Notes: generated from the letters alone by a model not told the origin. A stretch of 64,000 nucleotides of DNA from Candidatus Woesearchaeota archaeon (GCA_018653365.1 JABIAG010000003.1:158830-222829), one strand, 5' to 3'; shown: positions 19,411-30,519, counted from the stretch's first letter. Translations and numbers: made by a program.

Positions 19411-19787
19411 TTTCTTTCTTCATCTTCAGTTTTCTTAGACAAGTTATCAGTTTCAATAACTTCACAATTTTTTAATGCTATTTTTCTTACTATTTCTTCT
19501 ACTTTTTTGTTATTTTTCTTTACTAGTCTGTAATTTTGAAATCCCAGTAGTATTAAGAATAAAAATCCAATTATAGTTAGGAAATCAAGGGTTCGTACAA
19601 TTGAGAGCGTTCGTGTTATTTTATCTAGAATGTTGGGAAATATAATTAAAAAGATAAACACTAGCCAGAATATTGTCCACAGAACAAATTCGCCGCTTCT
19701 AAATTCTTTCTTTTTGAAGTTAACAAAACTAAGATAAAGTAATACTGCTCCAAATAAAACTCCAATAATCTGTATTCCCACTAACAT
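19407..19787 (-). CDS. DUF2304-like membrane protein
   Basis: 3 TM segments, ending ..EEIVRKIAL; typical partner of the adjacent GT2. Confidence 0.7.
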   Translation of the reverse strand: MLVGIQIIGVLFGAVLLYLSFVNFKKKEFRSGEFVLWTIFWLVFIFLIIFPNILDKITRTLSIVRTLDFLTIIGFLFLILLGFQNYRLVKKNNKKVEEIVRKIALKNCEVIETDNLSKKTEDEERK

Positions 19788-19800
19788 TTTTTTCCCTCCT

Positions 19801-20466
19801 TCATAGGTTAAATAACTTCCACTTTATTAAGTTTAGTACTATTTTTATGCCATCAACTGTTGTTGTGCCTTTGTATTTATCCCCATATATTGTTGTTATG
19901 GGAATTTCGCAGTAGTTGATATTATTTCTTCCTGCTCTTGCAATCATCTCTGATTCCATTGAATAATCATTAGCTTGCCATCGAATCTTTTTATATGTTT
20001 CTGATGTGAATGCTCTAAACCCTGATTGTGTGTCTCGTAAGTTTATTCTATAAAGGAGTTTGGTAATCTTGTCTATTGCAAAATTTCCTGCTCTGAATAT
20101 GAAGGGCATATTTTTTGAGGGAATTCTATAGCCAAATACTAAGTCTTTTTCTTTTAGTTTTGTAATAAAATTTGGAATCAGTTTTGGTTCATGTTGTCCG
20201 TCTGCATCCATTACAATGATGTGTTTTGCTCCTCGACTTATTGCATAATCACATCCGGTTTTTAATGCTGCACCTTTACCTAAATTTGTTATGTGTCTTA
20301 ATACTGTAACTTTTTCAGTTTTTGCTATTTTAGAAGTTGAGTCTTTGCTGCCATCATCAACGAGGATTATATTTTTTACATAAGTCTTAACATCTTTTAG
20401 TACTTTTCCGATGTGTTTCTCTTCGTTGTGTGCTGGAATGACAACGAAGGTTTCATTCGGTTCCAT
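19801..20466 (-). CDS. GT2 polyprenol-phosphate glycosyltransferase (DPM1-like)
   Basis: VVIPAHNEE, VDDGS.D, N.GKG.A, MDADGQH, DTQSGFRA. Confidence 0.92.
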   Translation of the reverse strand: MEPNETFVVIPAHNEEKHIGKVLKDVKTYVKNIILVDDGSKDSTSKIAKTEKVTVLRHITNLGKGAALKTGCDYAISRGAKHIIVMDADGQHEPKLIPNFITKLKEKDLVFGYRIPSKNMPFIFRAGNFAIDKITKLLYRINLRDTQSGFRAFTSETYKKIRWQANDYSMESEMIARAGRNNINYCEIPITTIYGDKYKGTTTVDGIKIVLNLIKWKLFNL

Positions 20467-23305
20467 TGCCCTCTTTACTTGCCTCTTCTTTTAATCGTGT
20501 TTGAACTTGACATTGCCAATCTACTTTGTAAACATATATTTTGCCCCCAGTTATTTGGGTTTGTTCATCAAATTTCTCAAAACAGTTTAATCCATTTCCA
20601 TTATTGAAAAACATTCTTGTGAACATGCTGCTAGATAATAATGGATCAGTAGCCATGGCTTGATACTCTTCACCTTTTTTTATTACGGTTATGCCTACGC
20701 TAATTCCTGAGTTATTGTATTCTTTTTGTGTAATGATTCCCTCCTCAAAGTAAGCAAACTTTTTTGGTGTTAGTTTGTCTTGAGTGGTTGTTTGAGCATA
20801 GATTTCTTTGCTAGTTGTGTTTAAAATGAATGGAATCTTTTGATTGCCCACTCCTTGAATACATTGATATATGGTAGGTTCTATTTCACTGCATGTTTTT
20901 AATCCTGATGCGTATCCAGGCCATCTTGATATCCATTGATTTGGGTCTTGGGTTGTTATATCATCATAGTATTTCATTGATTGTTCTTCACTTAGTTCGA
21001 ATTGAGTTTGTAAAATAGTTAGGCTTTCAGATTCTGTTTTTCCTTTTAGCTCTCGTACCATTGATGCTTTTTCAAAGTCCCAGCTCCCAAAGTGGCCCCA
21101 CACTCCTGCTTTTCCAACCATGTCTTCTGAGGCTATAACGAATGCTTCGGGGGGCGCACAGTGTGTAAGGGTTAAGATTTCTTCAACTTCATTTTCAGAA
21201 AATTCATTTGATTCAAGTAAGTTCTTTGCACCAGTTTCATCTTGTAAGATTATGTTTTTAATAAGTAAAATGGAGTTGAAATCATTTTTTAATTTATCAT
21301 TTATTTTATCATAAGCCCCGTTACCGCCACAATCCAGCATTCTTATTATTGCAAATGCTTCTTTTTCATCAGATGTTAAGAGTAATTTTCCTACCCAATG
21401 CGCTTTTGGCGAGTTTTGAGATGCACCATCAAAGTTGGTTCCTCGGTCTGCTGCGTATTTAAACCAGTGTCCAAAGTCCCACCAGGAGGTAATAATTGCG
21501 TTTTCTTCTGAGCTTTCTTTTATGTTTGTTAATGAAGTCCACCATGCATCATTCATTGAGGGAATTTCGTTAACTGCTTGATTCCATCCTGCTTTTGCAG
21601 GTGCAACTAATAATCCAATTGCTAGTAATATGAATATTATGTTTATTAGCCCTTTGCTTATGTCTAGTTGAGCGGGCAGTGTCTTTTTTGCATAATTGTA
21701 AATGATGCCTATAAATGCGCCTATCGCAATACTAAATGCCGGAACTAATAATAATGTAAATCTTAATCCTTTTGTTGAACCATAAATTGCGCCAACAAAC
21801 CATAATGTTAAAAATATTGCATATTTTAGATCCCGTTTTCCATTCTCTTTTTTAACAACAGTTAAGATGATTCCAACAACAGCAATAAAGAATAAGAATC
21901 CACCCCCTATTGCACCAATTGTTGATTCAACGGATGCAGGGTTTAGTTCTGCTACGGTGGTTAACACATTAGGCCAGATTGTTCCCAGGGCAACTTCTTT
22001 TATTTGAATGATGCTCAGTGGGAAGTTTAAGAATGCATAGAAAAATTGTTGTATTCCTCTAACAAATCCACTTTTAAAAAGTATGGCAACACTTAACATT
22101 GCAGCGAAGAAGAATGGAACTGCTGATATTATGAGGTCTTTTAGTGTTGTTTTTGTCTCTTTTTTTGTTTTTGAATTCATAATTAGTTTTATGATTCCAT
22201 AGATTATTATTGTTGCAATTATAAAGTCAAATATGTACCACCATCCTGACCAGAATCTTGAATATAGTCCAACCAAAAGTCCAGAACCTATACCTAACCA
22301 TAATTTGGTTTTAGTTTTCTTTGCTTCAAATGCACCTATAAACAGCCAGGCAATCATTAGTGGAAAAAACACGTTATATGGGTCTGTATCAGCAAATCCT
22401 GCTACTGTTCTTGTCATAAATGCAGTATGTACTGCTAGCAAAGATGCTCCCGCTGTTGCCCCTAAGTTTCCTGCGACTTTTTTTATTAAGAAAAAGCAGG
22501 GAATTATGGCAAGGGTCGCTATTATTAATGGCACGTAAAAAATAGCCTTCATAATATCTTTATTTCCAAAGGCTCGTGAAATTTTGAAAGTTATATAATT
22601 TACATAATTGTGATAATTGTTATCTGGTGCTTTTTTGCTTGGGGCGTTCTTTTTTGTTTCATATGATATTCCGTTTTCTTTTACATCTCCAAGATGTCCA
22701 TTTTCATCAAGATTTCTTGCATATCTTGCATAATAATATGGGTCGATCGCAATTAAGTATGTTTGTCCATTATCATTTTGTAATCTTGATTTGTATGCCT
22801 TCCTGTATCCTTCAATTGCTTCATTATAAGGAAGTTGCTCTAACTGGCCATTTCCTGGAGCAAAGACCTTGTCTTGAAGTTTAAGTTTTTTATATTCTTC
22901 TTCTATGAGTCTTTGTTTGTTTTCTTGTGGTAAACTTGGAAACTGTGCGTTTATTGATTGAGAGATAACATTCATGTTAAAGTTGTCAATGCTGTTTTCT
23001 GCCCATTGTTCGGTTATAGGCAAATAGGCAGGTTGTATTCTAAAAAATATGCTAAGAAATATGGGAATTAATATTAATAGAATAATTCCATATTTTTTTG
23101 TAAACTTTTTGGTTTCTTTATACCCTTTTTTGATTGTTTCTTTTACGTCTTTTAAATCTAGTTCATCTTCGGTGGATTCTTTACTTTCTTTTTTATCTTT
23201 TGAAAAGAAGTTTTTGAATCCTGCTTTTATTTTTGAGAAGTCTATATTTACTTCTTCGTCTTCTATTTTTTCTTCTTGAGATTTGGATTTTTCGTTTTCT
23301 TCCAT
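20453..23305 (-). CDS. aglB: oligosaccharyltransferase AglB/STT3
   Basis: AIDPYYY, RT.AGFADTD, TVAE, RF, SWWDFGH. Confidence 0.95.
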   Translation of the reverse strand: MEENEKSKSQEEKIEDEEVNIDFSKIKAGFKNFFSKDKKESKESTEDELDLKDVKETIKKGYKETKKFTKKYGIILLILIPIFLSIFFRIQPAYLPITEQWAENSIDNFNMNVISQSINAQFPSLPQENKQRLIEEEYKKLKLQDKVFAPGNGQLEQLPYNEAIEGYRKAYKSRLQNDNGQTYLIAIDPYYYARYARNLDENGHLGDVKENGISYETKKNAPSKKAPDNNYHNYVNYITFKISRAFGNKDIMKAIFYVPLIIATLAIIPCFFLIKKVAGNLGATAGASLLAVHTAFMTRTVAGFADTDPYNVFFPLMIAWLFIGAFEAKKTKTKLWLGIGSGLLVGLYSRFWSGWWYIFDFIIATIIIYGIIKLIMNSKTKKETKTTLKDLIISAVPFFFAAMLSVAILFKSGFVRGIQQFFYAFLNFPLSIIQIKEVALGTIWPNVLTTVAELNPASVESTIGAIGGGFLFFIAVVGIILTVVKKENGKRDLKYAIFLTLWFVGAIYGSTKGLRFTLLLVPAFSIAIGAFIGIIYNYAKKTLPAQLDISKGLINIIFILLAIGLLVAPAKAGWNQAVNEIPSMNDAWWTSLTNIKESSEENAIITSWWDFGHWFKYAADRGTNFDGASQNSPKAHWVGKLLLTSDEKEAFAIIRMLDCGGNGAYDKINDKLKNDFNSILLIKNIILQDETGAKNLLESNEFSENEVEEILTLTHCAPPEAFVIASEDMVGKAGVWGHFGSWDFEKASMVRELKGKTESESLTILQTQFELSEEQSMKYYDDITTQDPNQWISRWPGYASGLKTCSEIEPTIYQCIQGVGNQKIPFILNTTSKEIYAQTTTQDKLTPKKFAYFEEGIITQKEYNNSGISVGITVIKKGEEYQAMATDPLLSSSMFTRMFFNNGNGLNCFEKFDEQTQITGGKIYVYKVDWQCQVQTRLKEEASKEGNGTE

Positions 23306-23336
23306 TTTTTGTTTAGTGATATTCAAGAACTGGAAA

Positions 23337-24347
23337 CTATTTATAAATTTTTGGGGCGTATGTGATTAGTGTTGGATTACGTAATAAGAGCTTGATTGCA
23401 ATCTTTTTTAGGTTATCTCGATCTATTTCTTCAAGTATTTTTTTGTTTTTTTCTTTTCTAAATAATTTAAATAGTTTTTTAATTTCTTCATCGTTTAAAT
23501 GGTCTAATACTTTTCTTGCTATTAATTGTGTTTTCAATTCTTTTCTTACCTTTCTTAGTTTTCTTTTGTATTTTTTTCTTTTAATTAAACAGTTTGCTAG
23601 AACTTTTGCTGCTTTCAATCCAGGTATGATTCCGCCGCCGGTTGTTGCTTTTACCATTCCTGCTGCATCCCCTACTATGTATAGGTTATTTTTGCAGAGT
23701 TTGTTTTTTGGGTTATATTTTGGAATTAGTCCTGCTTGTAATGAATTTTGTTTTCCTTTTGTAAACTTTTTGAATGTTTGTTTAGCGTTTTCTTTTTCAT
23801 CCATGATTCCAACGCGGCAGGTCCCATTTCCTTCAGGGATTGTCCATCCAAATTTGCCGTAATCAAGCGAGGCCTTAATTTGAGAGTCCGGGAGTTTTAT
23901 TTTAGTTTGTATTCCCATCCAAGATGTTGTTTTGTTTCCTATGGCTTTTGATACTATTGAGTTGGGCCCATCCGCACCTATGATTATTCCTTTTAGTTCA
24001 GCTAAATCATTAATTCTTTTTCCCAGAGAAAATTTAACCCCTCTTTCTTTTGCTTTATTATAAAAAAACGTATCAAATTTGGTGCGGTCTATTATTATGT
24101 CTGGATTTCTTAGTTTTATTTTGAGCTTTTGATCTTTATAACTTATTTCAAAGTTTTTTATTTTGTTTAGAATAACTTCTGGTGGAATTTGGATCACACT
24201 ATTAATACTATTAGTTATTATTCCTGCGCATTGTACTGGTTTTCCAATTTCTGAATGTTCTTCATAAACTTCCACTTCGAATTTATCTGCAAGTAGGTAT
24301 GCAAGATAACATCCAACTGGTCCAGCGCCGATTATATTGATTTTCAT
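23337..24347 (-). CDS. geranylgeranyl reductase family FAD oxidoreductase
   Basis: IIGAGPVG, PVQCAG, GADG..S, W.IP, VGDAAG.VK..TGGGI. Confidence 0.85.
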   Translation of the reverse strand: MKINIIGAGPVGCYLAYLLADKFEVEVYEEHSEIGKPVQCAGIITNSINSVIQIPPEVILNKIKNFEISYKDQKLKIKLRNPDIIIDRTKFDTFFYNKAKERGVKFSLGKRINDLAELKGIIIGADGPNSIVSKAIGNKTTSWMGIQTKIKLPDSQIKASLDYGKFGWTIPEGNGTCRVGIMDEKENAKQTFKKFTKGKQNSLQAGLIPKYNPKNKLCKNNLYIVGDAAGMVKATTGGGIIPGLKAAKVLANCLIKRKKYKRKLRKVRKELKTQLIARKVLDHLNDEEIKKLFKLFRKEKNKKILEEIDRDNLKKIAIKLLLRNPTLITYAPKIYK

Positions 24348-24469
24348 TCTTGTTTTAACTTCCTCAATTATTTAACTTTGACCTACTACTATATAATAGT
24401 AAACTATCAATAATCTTTATAAGCTTTACTCCATTTCCAAATAAAATAGTTGTTGGAGGGATATTAAAA

Positions 24470-25312
24470 ATGGTAGGTCGAATAGGAAGTTTTTATAATG
24501 GTCATAGAAAAGTATGTAATTTAACAGGGGGAGTTTTACTTTCTTTAGGGATTCTTGGAACTGGTGCTTTTGGTGTTAGAAAATATGCTGAGGGTAAAGC
24601 AGATGCTGCTCGAACAGAAGAACGACAGGCTGCTGCAGAAAGAGAGGCACAATTAAGAGCTCAAATGGCTGCTCAACAAAGAGCTGCTGGAAGAAGAACT
24701 AATTTTAGAGCATTCATAGGTTCAAATAGGTATGATGAAGGTATGCGTGGTCGTGACAAATTAAAAGCAGGTGCTAGTGGACGTTTTAAACATACTGATG
24801 AACAAGGAAATCAAACACCTTATCAAAACGGTTGGATTGCAAGAGGAATCGGACTTGTTGATGGTGGTGTTCGTGGAGCCTTTGCTGGTTTAAAGAATTA
24901 TACTTCGAGAGTTCCTGTGTTAAATTATGGTACTAAAATCGTTAATGGAACTGCAAATGGGATTATGAATTTTTCTGTTGGGGCTGTAGCTGACGTGCTT
25001 GAAGCAACCGATAAAGGTTTGGCTAAATTGTTCGGTTATGATGCTATGAAACCTATAGATCCTGCTGATCCTCGTGCTAAAAAACCTGCAGTTAATACTG
25101 GTGACCCAGAAAGTGCTGCAGCAATTGCTGCTCAAGGCTTTGGTGGTGGCTTACGACTTGGTTGGTTAGCTTGGATGGTGGATTGTCACAGAGACCATAA
25201 AGATGATCACAATAACAACAATAACAATAATGGAAATAATGGTAATAATAACTCTACTTCAGAACCGGATCTTGATGGGATTCTAGAAGGGGGAAACGAA
25301 TTCACAAATTAG
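24470..25312 (+). CDS. hypothetical membrane-anchored protein with Asn-rich tail
   Basis: SD GGAGGG, N-terminal TM, Ala/Gln/Arg helix, poly-Asn near the C-terminus. Confidence 0.65.
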   Translation: MVGRIGSFYNGHRKVCNLTGGVLLSLGILGTGAFGVRKYAEGKADAARTEERQAAAEREAQLRAQMAAQQRAAGRRTNFRAFIGSNRYDEGMRGRDKLKAGASGRFKHTDEQGNQTPYQNGWIARGIGLVDGGVRGAFAGLKNYTSRVPVLNYGTKIVNGTANGIMNFSVGAVADVLEATDKGLAKLFGYDAMKPIDPADPRAKKPAVNTGDPESAAAIAAQGFGGGLRLGWLAWMVDCHRDHKDDHNNNNNNNGNNGNNNSTSEPDLDGILEGGNEFTN

Positions 25313-25326
25313 GTGGGGGAAACAAA

Positions 25327-27324
25327 ATGAAAAAATTATTACTTTCAATTTTAATGTTGGTGCTTGTTTCTAGTTTTGTTTCTGCTTATGCGGATATTAC
25401 GTTTAATTTTGATCAGTCTGATGTTGGGGCAGTAGTATATGATTGTCTTGATGCTAGTTGTTCTAGTGTAACTGAATTTTCTGGAGCTTATGATCAAGTA
25501 ACAGATAATGGTGAGATCAGAGTTTTATTTCCATCAACTCTAAAACACGAAGGTTATGCATTATATTTTTATTCTGAAGACTTTGTACCAAAAGCTTACA
25601 AATCTACTTTTAATACAGGGGGAGATACCAACGCTCACACTTCTGAAATGGACATTCCTGCTTTTATTCAACTTGAAGACTGTCAAGCAGTTGTTGATAA
25701 ACCCGTTATATTAAATGCTGTTTACGAAAATGAACCTTTACAGATTAATACGAGAGCGAGTTTAGCTGCAACAACCTCTTCTGCTTTTAAGAGCGTTAAT
25801 AATGGGGTTGATTATGTTCCTGAACAACTTAGAGGAGAATTTTATTCATCTGATATTCAAGTTACTTTAGAAGTATTTTCTGAATCGAATGAGTTAGTTA
25901 AAAAAGAGGTTAGAAACTTAAATCTTTATTTGGATGAACAAAGAGAACTTAATTTTGAGTGGACTCCAATAACTGAAGGAGACTACTTTGTTAGAATTAC
26001 CTCAAAAGTAACTGATTCCCAATGTTCTTCTGATGTGGAAGCGTATGCTCGTAAGGATTTTTCAGTTTTACCTGGAAGACCTACTGACGAATATTATACT
26101 TTAATTAATGGTCTTGATGTTGATAATTCCTTTCCAAAAGAAAATTCTGAATTGACGTTCACATTTTCAAAGATAAGTAATTACGCAGATTCTGCACACA
26201 GACTTTTTACAGTACCGACTATTATGAACTACTGGGTTTATGATGCAGATCAAAATTTAATTTATACTGAACAAACAACTTTGCCGGCTAACGCTAATGT
26301 GTTTGATGCTGAAAGTTATTCATTCTCTTGGACTCCGGTTGTAAGCGGGGATTACACTATTGTTGTGGATGCAAGTGCCCAGGAAACAAAAGGGGATAGG
26401 CCAAACCTTGTTGAACGAATTGTTTTAGGTTTTTATGTTGGCGAAGAACCTGTTTATGACATTAATTTTCAAATCAGAGATAGTGATACTGGTCAAACTA
26501 TTCCTGGAGTAGTAATTAGAATGAATGGTTTGATGGGGATTACTGATGTTACTGGCACACTATCTTTTGCAGGGCTTTCTGCAGGTAATTATAATTATCT
26601 TGCAAAACACCCAGATTATGAAGATTTTTCTGGAAGTGTAGTTCTTGTTGATATTGGTAAAGATGTTTTCTTTTTCATGGATCATTTATCTGATCCTGAA
26701 GACCCTACTGATCCAACTGATCCAATTTCACAAATTACCTTTTCAAATTCACCACCTACAACTGCTTATGTGAGAGAACCTTATGAGTTTAATCTTAACG
26801 CAGTTAGTGATTTGGGTAATAATGTAATTTTTCAAGTAATAAAAGGACCAAGTAATTTTGAAATCAGTTCAACTGGTCAAATAACCTGGCTTCCACTTCC
26901 TCAACAGATTGGGGAAAATGAGATCCGAATTTTAGCAGCTGATGGTTCAGGTGTTTCTGAACTTGTTTGGAACGTTAATGTTTTAGCTCAAATGCCAGGT
27001 ACAAGAACCTCAACTGAAAGACTTAATGTTCTGGCAATTAGATTTCCTCTTGGTGATCAAACTAAGGCGGGCAGAACCATTGCAACATCAGTAGTTCTGG
27101 ATAGTAATGTGGATCTTGATGATTGTGTGCTTACAGTTTCAATTCCTGAATTAAGCGTTTTCAATAGAGTACATTTTGACCTAGATAAAAACGATGTAAG
27201 TTCAAAAACAGTTTATTTAGACATTCCTACTTATGCAAAAGCAGACACATATTTGGTTAGAATTAGTGTCGGGAATGAAGATGTTAAGAGGATAAAGCAC
27301 ATGCCTTTAACAATTATAAACTAA
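25327..27324 (+). CDS. secreted multi-Ig-fold surface protein
   Basis: Signal peptide, beta-rich acidic domains, DPEDPTDPTDP linker, cadherin/He_PIG-like F...PPT.A....Y...GQITW.P. Confidence 0.7.
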   Translation: MKKLLLSILMLVLVSSFVSAYADITFNFDQSDVGAVVYDCLDASCSSVTEFSGAYDQVTDNGEIRVLFPSTLKHEGYALYFYSEDFVPKAYKSTFNTGGDTNAHTSEMDIPAFIQLEDCQAVVDKPVILNAVYENEPLQINTRASLAATTSSAFKSVNNGVDYVPEQLRGEFYSSDIQVTLEVFSESNELVKKEVRNLNLYLDEQRELNFEWTPITEGDYFVRITSKVTDSQCSSDVEAYARKDFSVLPGRPTDEYYTLINGLDVDNSFPKENSELTFTFSKISNYADSAHRLFTVPTIMNYWVYDADQNLIYTEQTTLPANANVFDAESYSFSWTPVVSGDYTIVVDASAQETKGDRPNLVERIVLGFYVGEEPVYDINFQIRDSDTGQTIPGVVIRMNGLMGITDVTGTLSFAGLSAGNYNYLAKHPDYEDFSGSVVLVDIGKDVFFFMDHLSDPEDPTDPTDPISQITFSNSPPTTAYVREPYEFNLNAVSDLGNNVIFQVIKGPSNFEISSTGQITWLPLPQQIGENEIRILAADGSGVSELVWNVNVLAQMPGTRTSTERLNVLAIRFPLGDQTKAGRTIATSVVLDSNVDLDDCVLTVSIPELSVFNRVHFDLDKNDVSSKTVYLDIPTYAKADTYLVRISVGNEDVKRIKHMPLTIIN

Positions 27325-27429
27325 TGAGTGGTTAAAGGGTTTAACTACTTGTATATACTAAACAACAGAAAGCTTTAAAAAAGTGCATTAATTACATTTA
27401 CAAATAATATGTATTTGGGGGTATAACAA

Positions 27430-28689
27430 ATGAAAGGAGTAATGAAATTAGCAGTATTTGTCGTTTGCTTAATATCACTTCTTATGGTGAGTGGCTTGGC
27501 AAGTGCTCTGCCAGATGTCGATTATGTCAAAATTAATGGTGACGAATTCGAAACTGGCGACACATTAGTTGTTGAAAAAGGTGAAGAAATTGAAGTTAAG
27601 GTCAAACTTCAAGCAGACCAAGATTATACAAATCTTAGGGTCGAAGCCGAAGTTTTAGGCTATGAATATAATGATCATGAAGATGATCTGGAAGATGAAA
27701 CCCATACTTTTGATATGGATGCTGGCGATACAGTATACAAGTCTCTGGAATTAAGTATTCCTGCAAGAGCAGACAAAGATTATTATGATCTAAGAGTCTC
27801 TATTGGTGGACGAACTGGCGCAGCTGTAGAAAAACTTTACAGATTAAATTTAAAGGGCAATAGACATTCTCTTGAAATTAAAAGAGTTATGTTACACCCA
27901 GCTAATTCTGTTGAAGCAGGAAGTTATCTTTTAGTTAACGCTAAAATAATTAACAGAGGAGAAAAAGACGAAGAAGATGTAAGAGTTACTGCAAGCATTC
28001 CTGAATTGGATCTTGAAGATTCTTACTACATAGATGAACTTGAAGAAGATGAATCTAAAACTTCTGAGGAACTTTTCCTAAGAATTCCAGCTTGTACAGA
28101 ACCAGGTGTTTATGAAGTTGTTTTTGAAGCAGAGTATGATGAAGAATACGAATCTGTAACAGAAACTACTGACATCGAAGTTGTTGAAAGCGAACTTTGT
28201 GGTGCAGACGCTGAGGATGGCGAATCACAATCAACTATCTCTGTTGGTACACAAACTCAACAAATAGTTCGTGGTAAAGGTGCAACTTATTCCATGACAA
28301 TCACAAATGATGGAAGATCCGACAAAACATACACTGTTGGTGTTTCTGGAGTTGATGATTGGGGAATTGTTAGAGTTGATCCTTCAACAACCGTTCTAGT
28401 TAAATCTGGACAAACCAAATCTGTTTTCGCTTTTGTAACCGCAGATAAAAAAGCTGACGTTGGTCAAAAATCATTCGTTATGACTGTTTCAACAGGCGAT
28501 GATTCACAACCTATTCAGCTTTATGCTAACCTTGTTAAAGGTGAAAGCGGAGCAAGAAAATGGGCAGAAGTTGTTCTGATAGCTCTTGTTATCTTGTTAA
28601 TTGTACTAGGCTTAGTTATTGGCTTTAGTAGAATGAGAAGAAGAGAAGAGATGGAAGACGAAGAACTAACTGGACAAACATATTATTAA
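27430..28689 (+). CDS. S-layer-associated / CARDB-like surface protein with C-terminal anchor
   Basis: Signal peptide, acidic beta repeats (N.GEKDEEDV.V), C-terminal TM plus acidic tail ending TYY. Confidence 0.65.
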   Translation: MKGVMKLAVFVVCLISLLMVSGLASALPDVDYVKINGDEFETGDTLVVEKGEEIEVKVKLQADQDYTNLRVEAEVLGYEYNDHEDDLEDETHTFDMDAGDTVYKSLELSIPARADKDYYDLRVSIGGRTGAAVEKLYRLNLKGNRHSLEIKRVMLHPANSVEAGSYLLVNAKIINRGEKDEEDVRVTASIPELDLEDSYYIDELEEDESKTSEELFLRIPACTEPGVYEVVFEAEYDEEYESVTETTDIEVVESELCGADAEDGESQSTISVGTQTQQIVRGKGATYSMTITNDGRSDKTYTVGVSGVDDWGIVRVDPSTTVLVKSGQTKSVFAFVTADKKADVGQKSFVMTVSTGDDSQPIQLYANLVKGESGARKWAEVVLIALVILLIVLGLVIGFSRMRRREEMEDEELTGQTYY

Positions 28690-28754
28690 TTTTTTTCTTT
28701 TTTTGTTATACCCTTTTTTTTTAATTTAATAAAATCATGAGTGGGGACTAAGCA

Positions 28755-30479
28755 ATGAAAAAACTATTATTTTTTTTGGCACTTCTATTAATCATTCCTG
28801 TTGTATCTGCAGCATCTTGTCCTTGTACTCCAATTGAATACGAGTTTAAAATTACTAATACCTATCCCTCTCCTGAAACCTTCTCTTTTGAATCAACAGT
28901 GCAGAATGGCCAGGTTGTTTTTTCTCCAAGTCAGATCACTTTGGCATCAGGTAAAAGCAAAACTATTCATGCATCTTTGCTAACGCCTTGTTCTGTTCAT
29001 GGTAATTATACATTTAATTTTAAAGTAAATGCTGAACAGGCAGAAAAAACTAAAATCTTGCCAGCAAAAGCAGAAATTTTGTCTTGTTATGACTTTTCCA
29101 TTAGTGCTAAACAGATTGGAAACGTTTTAGAGTCTCAAACTGTTGCTTATGAAACCTGTGTTGATGAGGAATATCAAATTCCCTTAAGAATTTCTAATAA
29201 TGCTGAGTTTACAAATAAGTTTGATCTTGAAATTGAGGGCAAATATGCCTCTTTAGAGCATGATACTTTATTATTAGGTTCAGACACTGGCGCACTGGTT
29301 AACATCTCGTTTAACCCTGGAAAAGTGGGTAATTATTCACTATTTTTTGAGGCAGAGTCCCAATTGGGGGATGTTGAGAAAAAGATAAGGTTGCCAGTGA
29401 CGGTTAAAGATTGTTATAGTCTTAAAATTACAGCTCCATCTAAGTTCTGGGTGGGGGAAGAAGACATTCCCATTTTATTAGAAAATCAGGGTTCTGAGGA
29501 GGTTAATGCGTTATTGAGTGTTGATTCAGAACTTGTTTCTTTGGACAAAACCGCGCTAGTTATTGAAAATTCAGAGGTTGTTAATTTAGTTATTGAATCT
29601 TCTGAACATGTTGGTGTGGAGAAGGTTAATCTCAAGATTTCTTTGGATAATGGAGAAGTACTATCTAAAGATATGAAACTGGTTTTTGGTAATCCTTGGG
29701 TTTATTCTTATCTTTGGTATTTTGTTGGAGCACTCATTATAATCATTTTAATTGTCTTATTTATTGTTTTATCTTCCTTTGGTAAAACTCAAAAAATTGT
29801 TGAAAGCATTAAAAGAAAAGCAGGGATTAAACAAACAAAACAAACTGTTTCAAATCAAACTAAAATTGCTAAAACTCCAAAAGCTCCTAAACCCGAAAAT
29901 AAGTCATATAAATGCATTATTTCATTAATTGTTTTAATCATTATTCTTGCGTTAATATTCTCTCTTCCAATTCCGACTGTTGCGCCAAATCTTGCTGATG
30001 AAAATGTTACATTTGGAAGCTTACCTGAGTTAAAATGGAATAATAACAGGTTGTTAAGAGTGGATCTTTCAGACATTAACGCCTCAAATACCAAACTATT
30101 GACTAATGATAAGGTGTTTGTTCGGTCTTTAGGAAAGGTTGCTTATCTTGCTGCTAATAGTAATTGGACAGGTTCTGATTTTATTGACCTAGTTAAAGAC
30201 AATAGTACTGAAAATGTTTTATTTGATTTAGATTCTGAAAATCTTAAGGGATTCTTCCCACATGGTGTTAATGTTTACAAGACTCTTGGAATTTACGTTT
30301 ATGATTCTGTTCGAACGCCTATTGGGTTGAGTATTCTTATTTTGGTAGTGCTTCTAATCGCTATTCTCTTAGTTATCTTTTTACCCTCTAAGGATGTGGG
30401 AAAAGATGAATCTAAGGGAAAGGGGAAGTCTAAGATAAAAAAGGCAGATCATAGACTTACTAGAATTGTTGTTAAATGA
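28755..30479 (+). CDS. secreted/membrane protein with Ig-like domains
   Basis: Signal peptide, Cys-paired beta domains, three TM segments. Confidence 0.6.
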   Translation: MKKLLFFLALLLIIPVVSAASCPCTPIEYEFKITNTYPSPETFSFESTVQNGQVVFSPSQITLASGKSKTIHASLLTPCSVHGNYTFNFKVNAEQAEKTKILPAKAEILSCYDFSISAKQIGNVLESQTVAYETCVDEEYQIPLRISNNAEFTNKFDLEIEGKYASLEHDTLLLGSDTGALVNISFNPGKVGNYSLFFEAESQLGDVEKKIRLPVTVKDCYSLKITAPSKFWVGEEDIPILLENQGSEEVNALLSVDSELVSLDKTALVIENSEVVNLVIESSEHVGVEKVNLKISLDNGEVLSKDMKLVFGNPWVYSYLWYFVGALIIIILIVLFIVLSSFGKTQKIVESIKRKAGIKQTKQTVSNQTKIAKTPKAPKPENKSYKCIISLIVLIIILALIFSLPIPTVAPNLADENVTFGSLPELKWNNNRLLRVDLSDINASNTKLLTNDKVFVRSLGKVAYLAANSNWTGSDFIDLVKDNSTENVLFDLDSENLKGFFPHGVNVYKTLGIYVYDSVRTPIGLSILILVVLLIAILLVIFLPSKDVGKDESKGKGKSKIKKADHRLTRIVVK

Positions 30480-30519
30480 TATTATTATCTTTAAAAATCA
30501 CTTTTTGTTCTTTCTTGGC

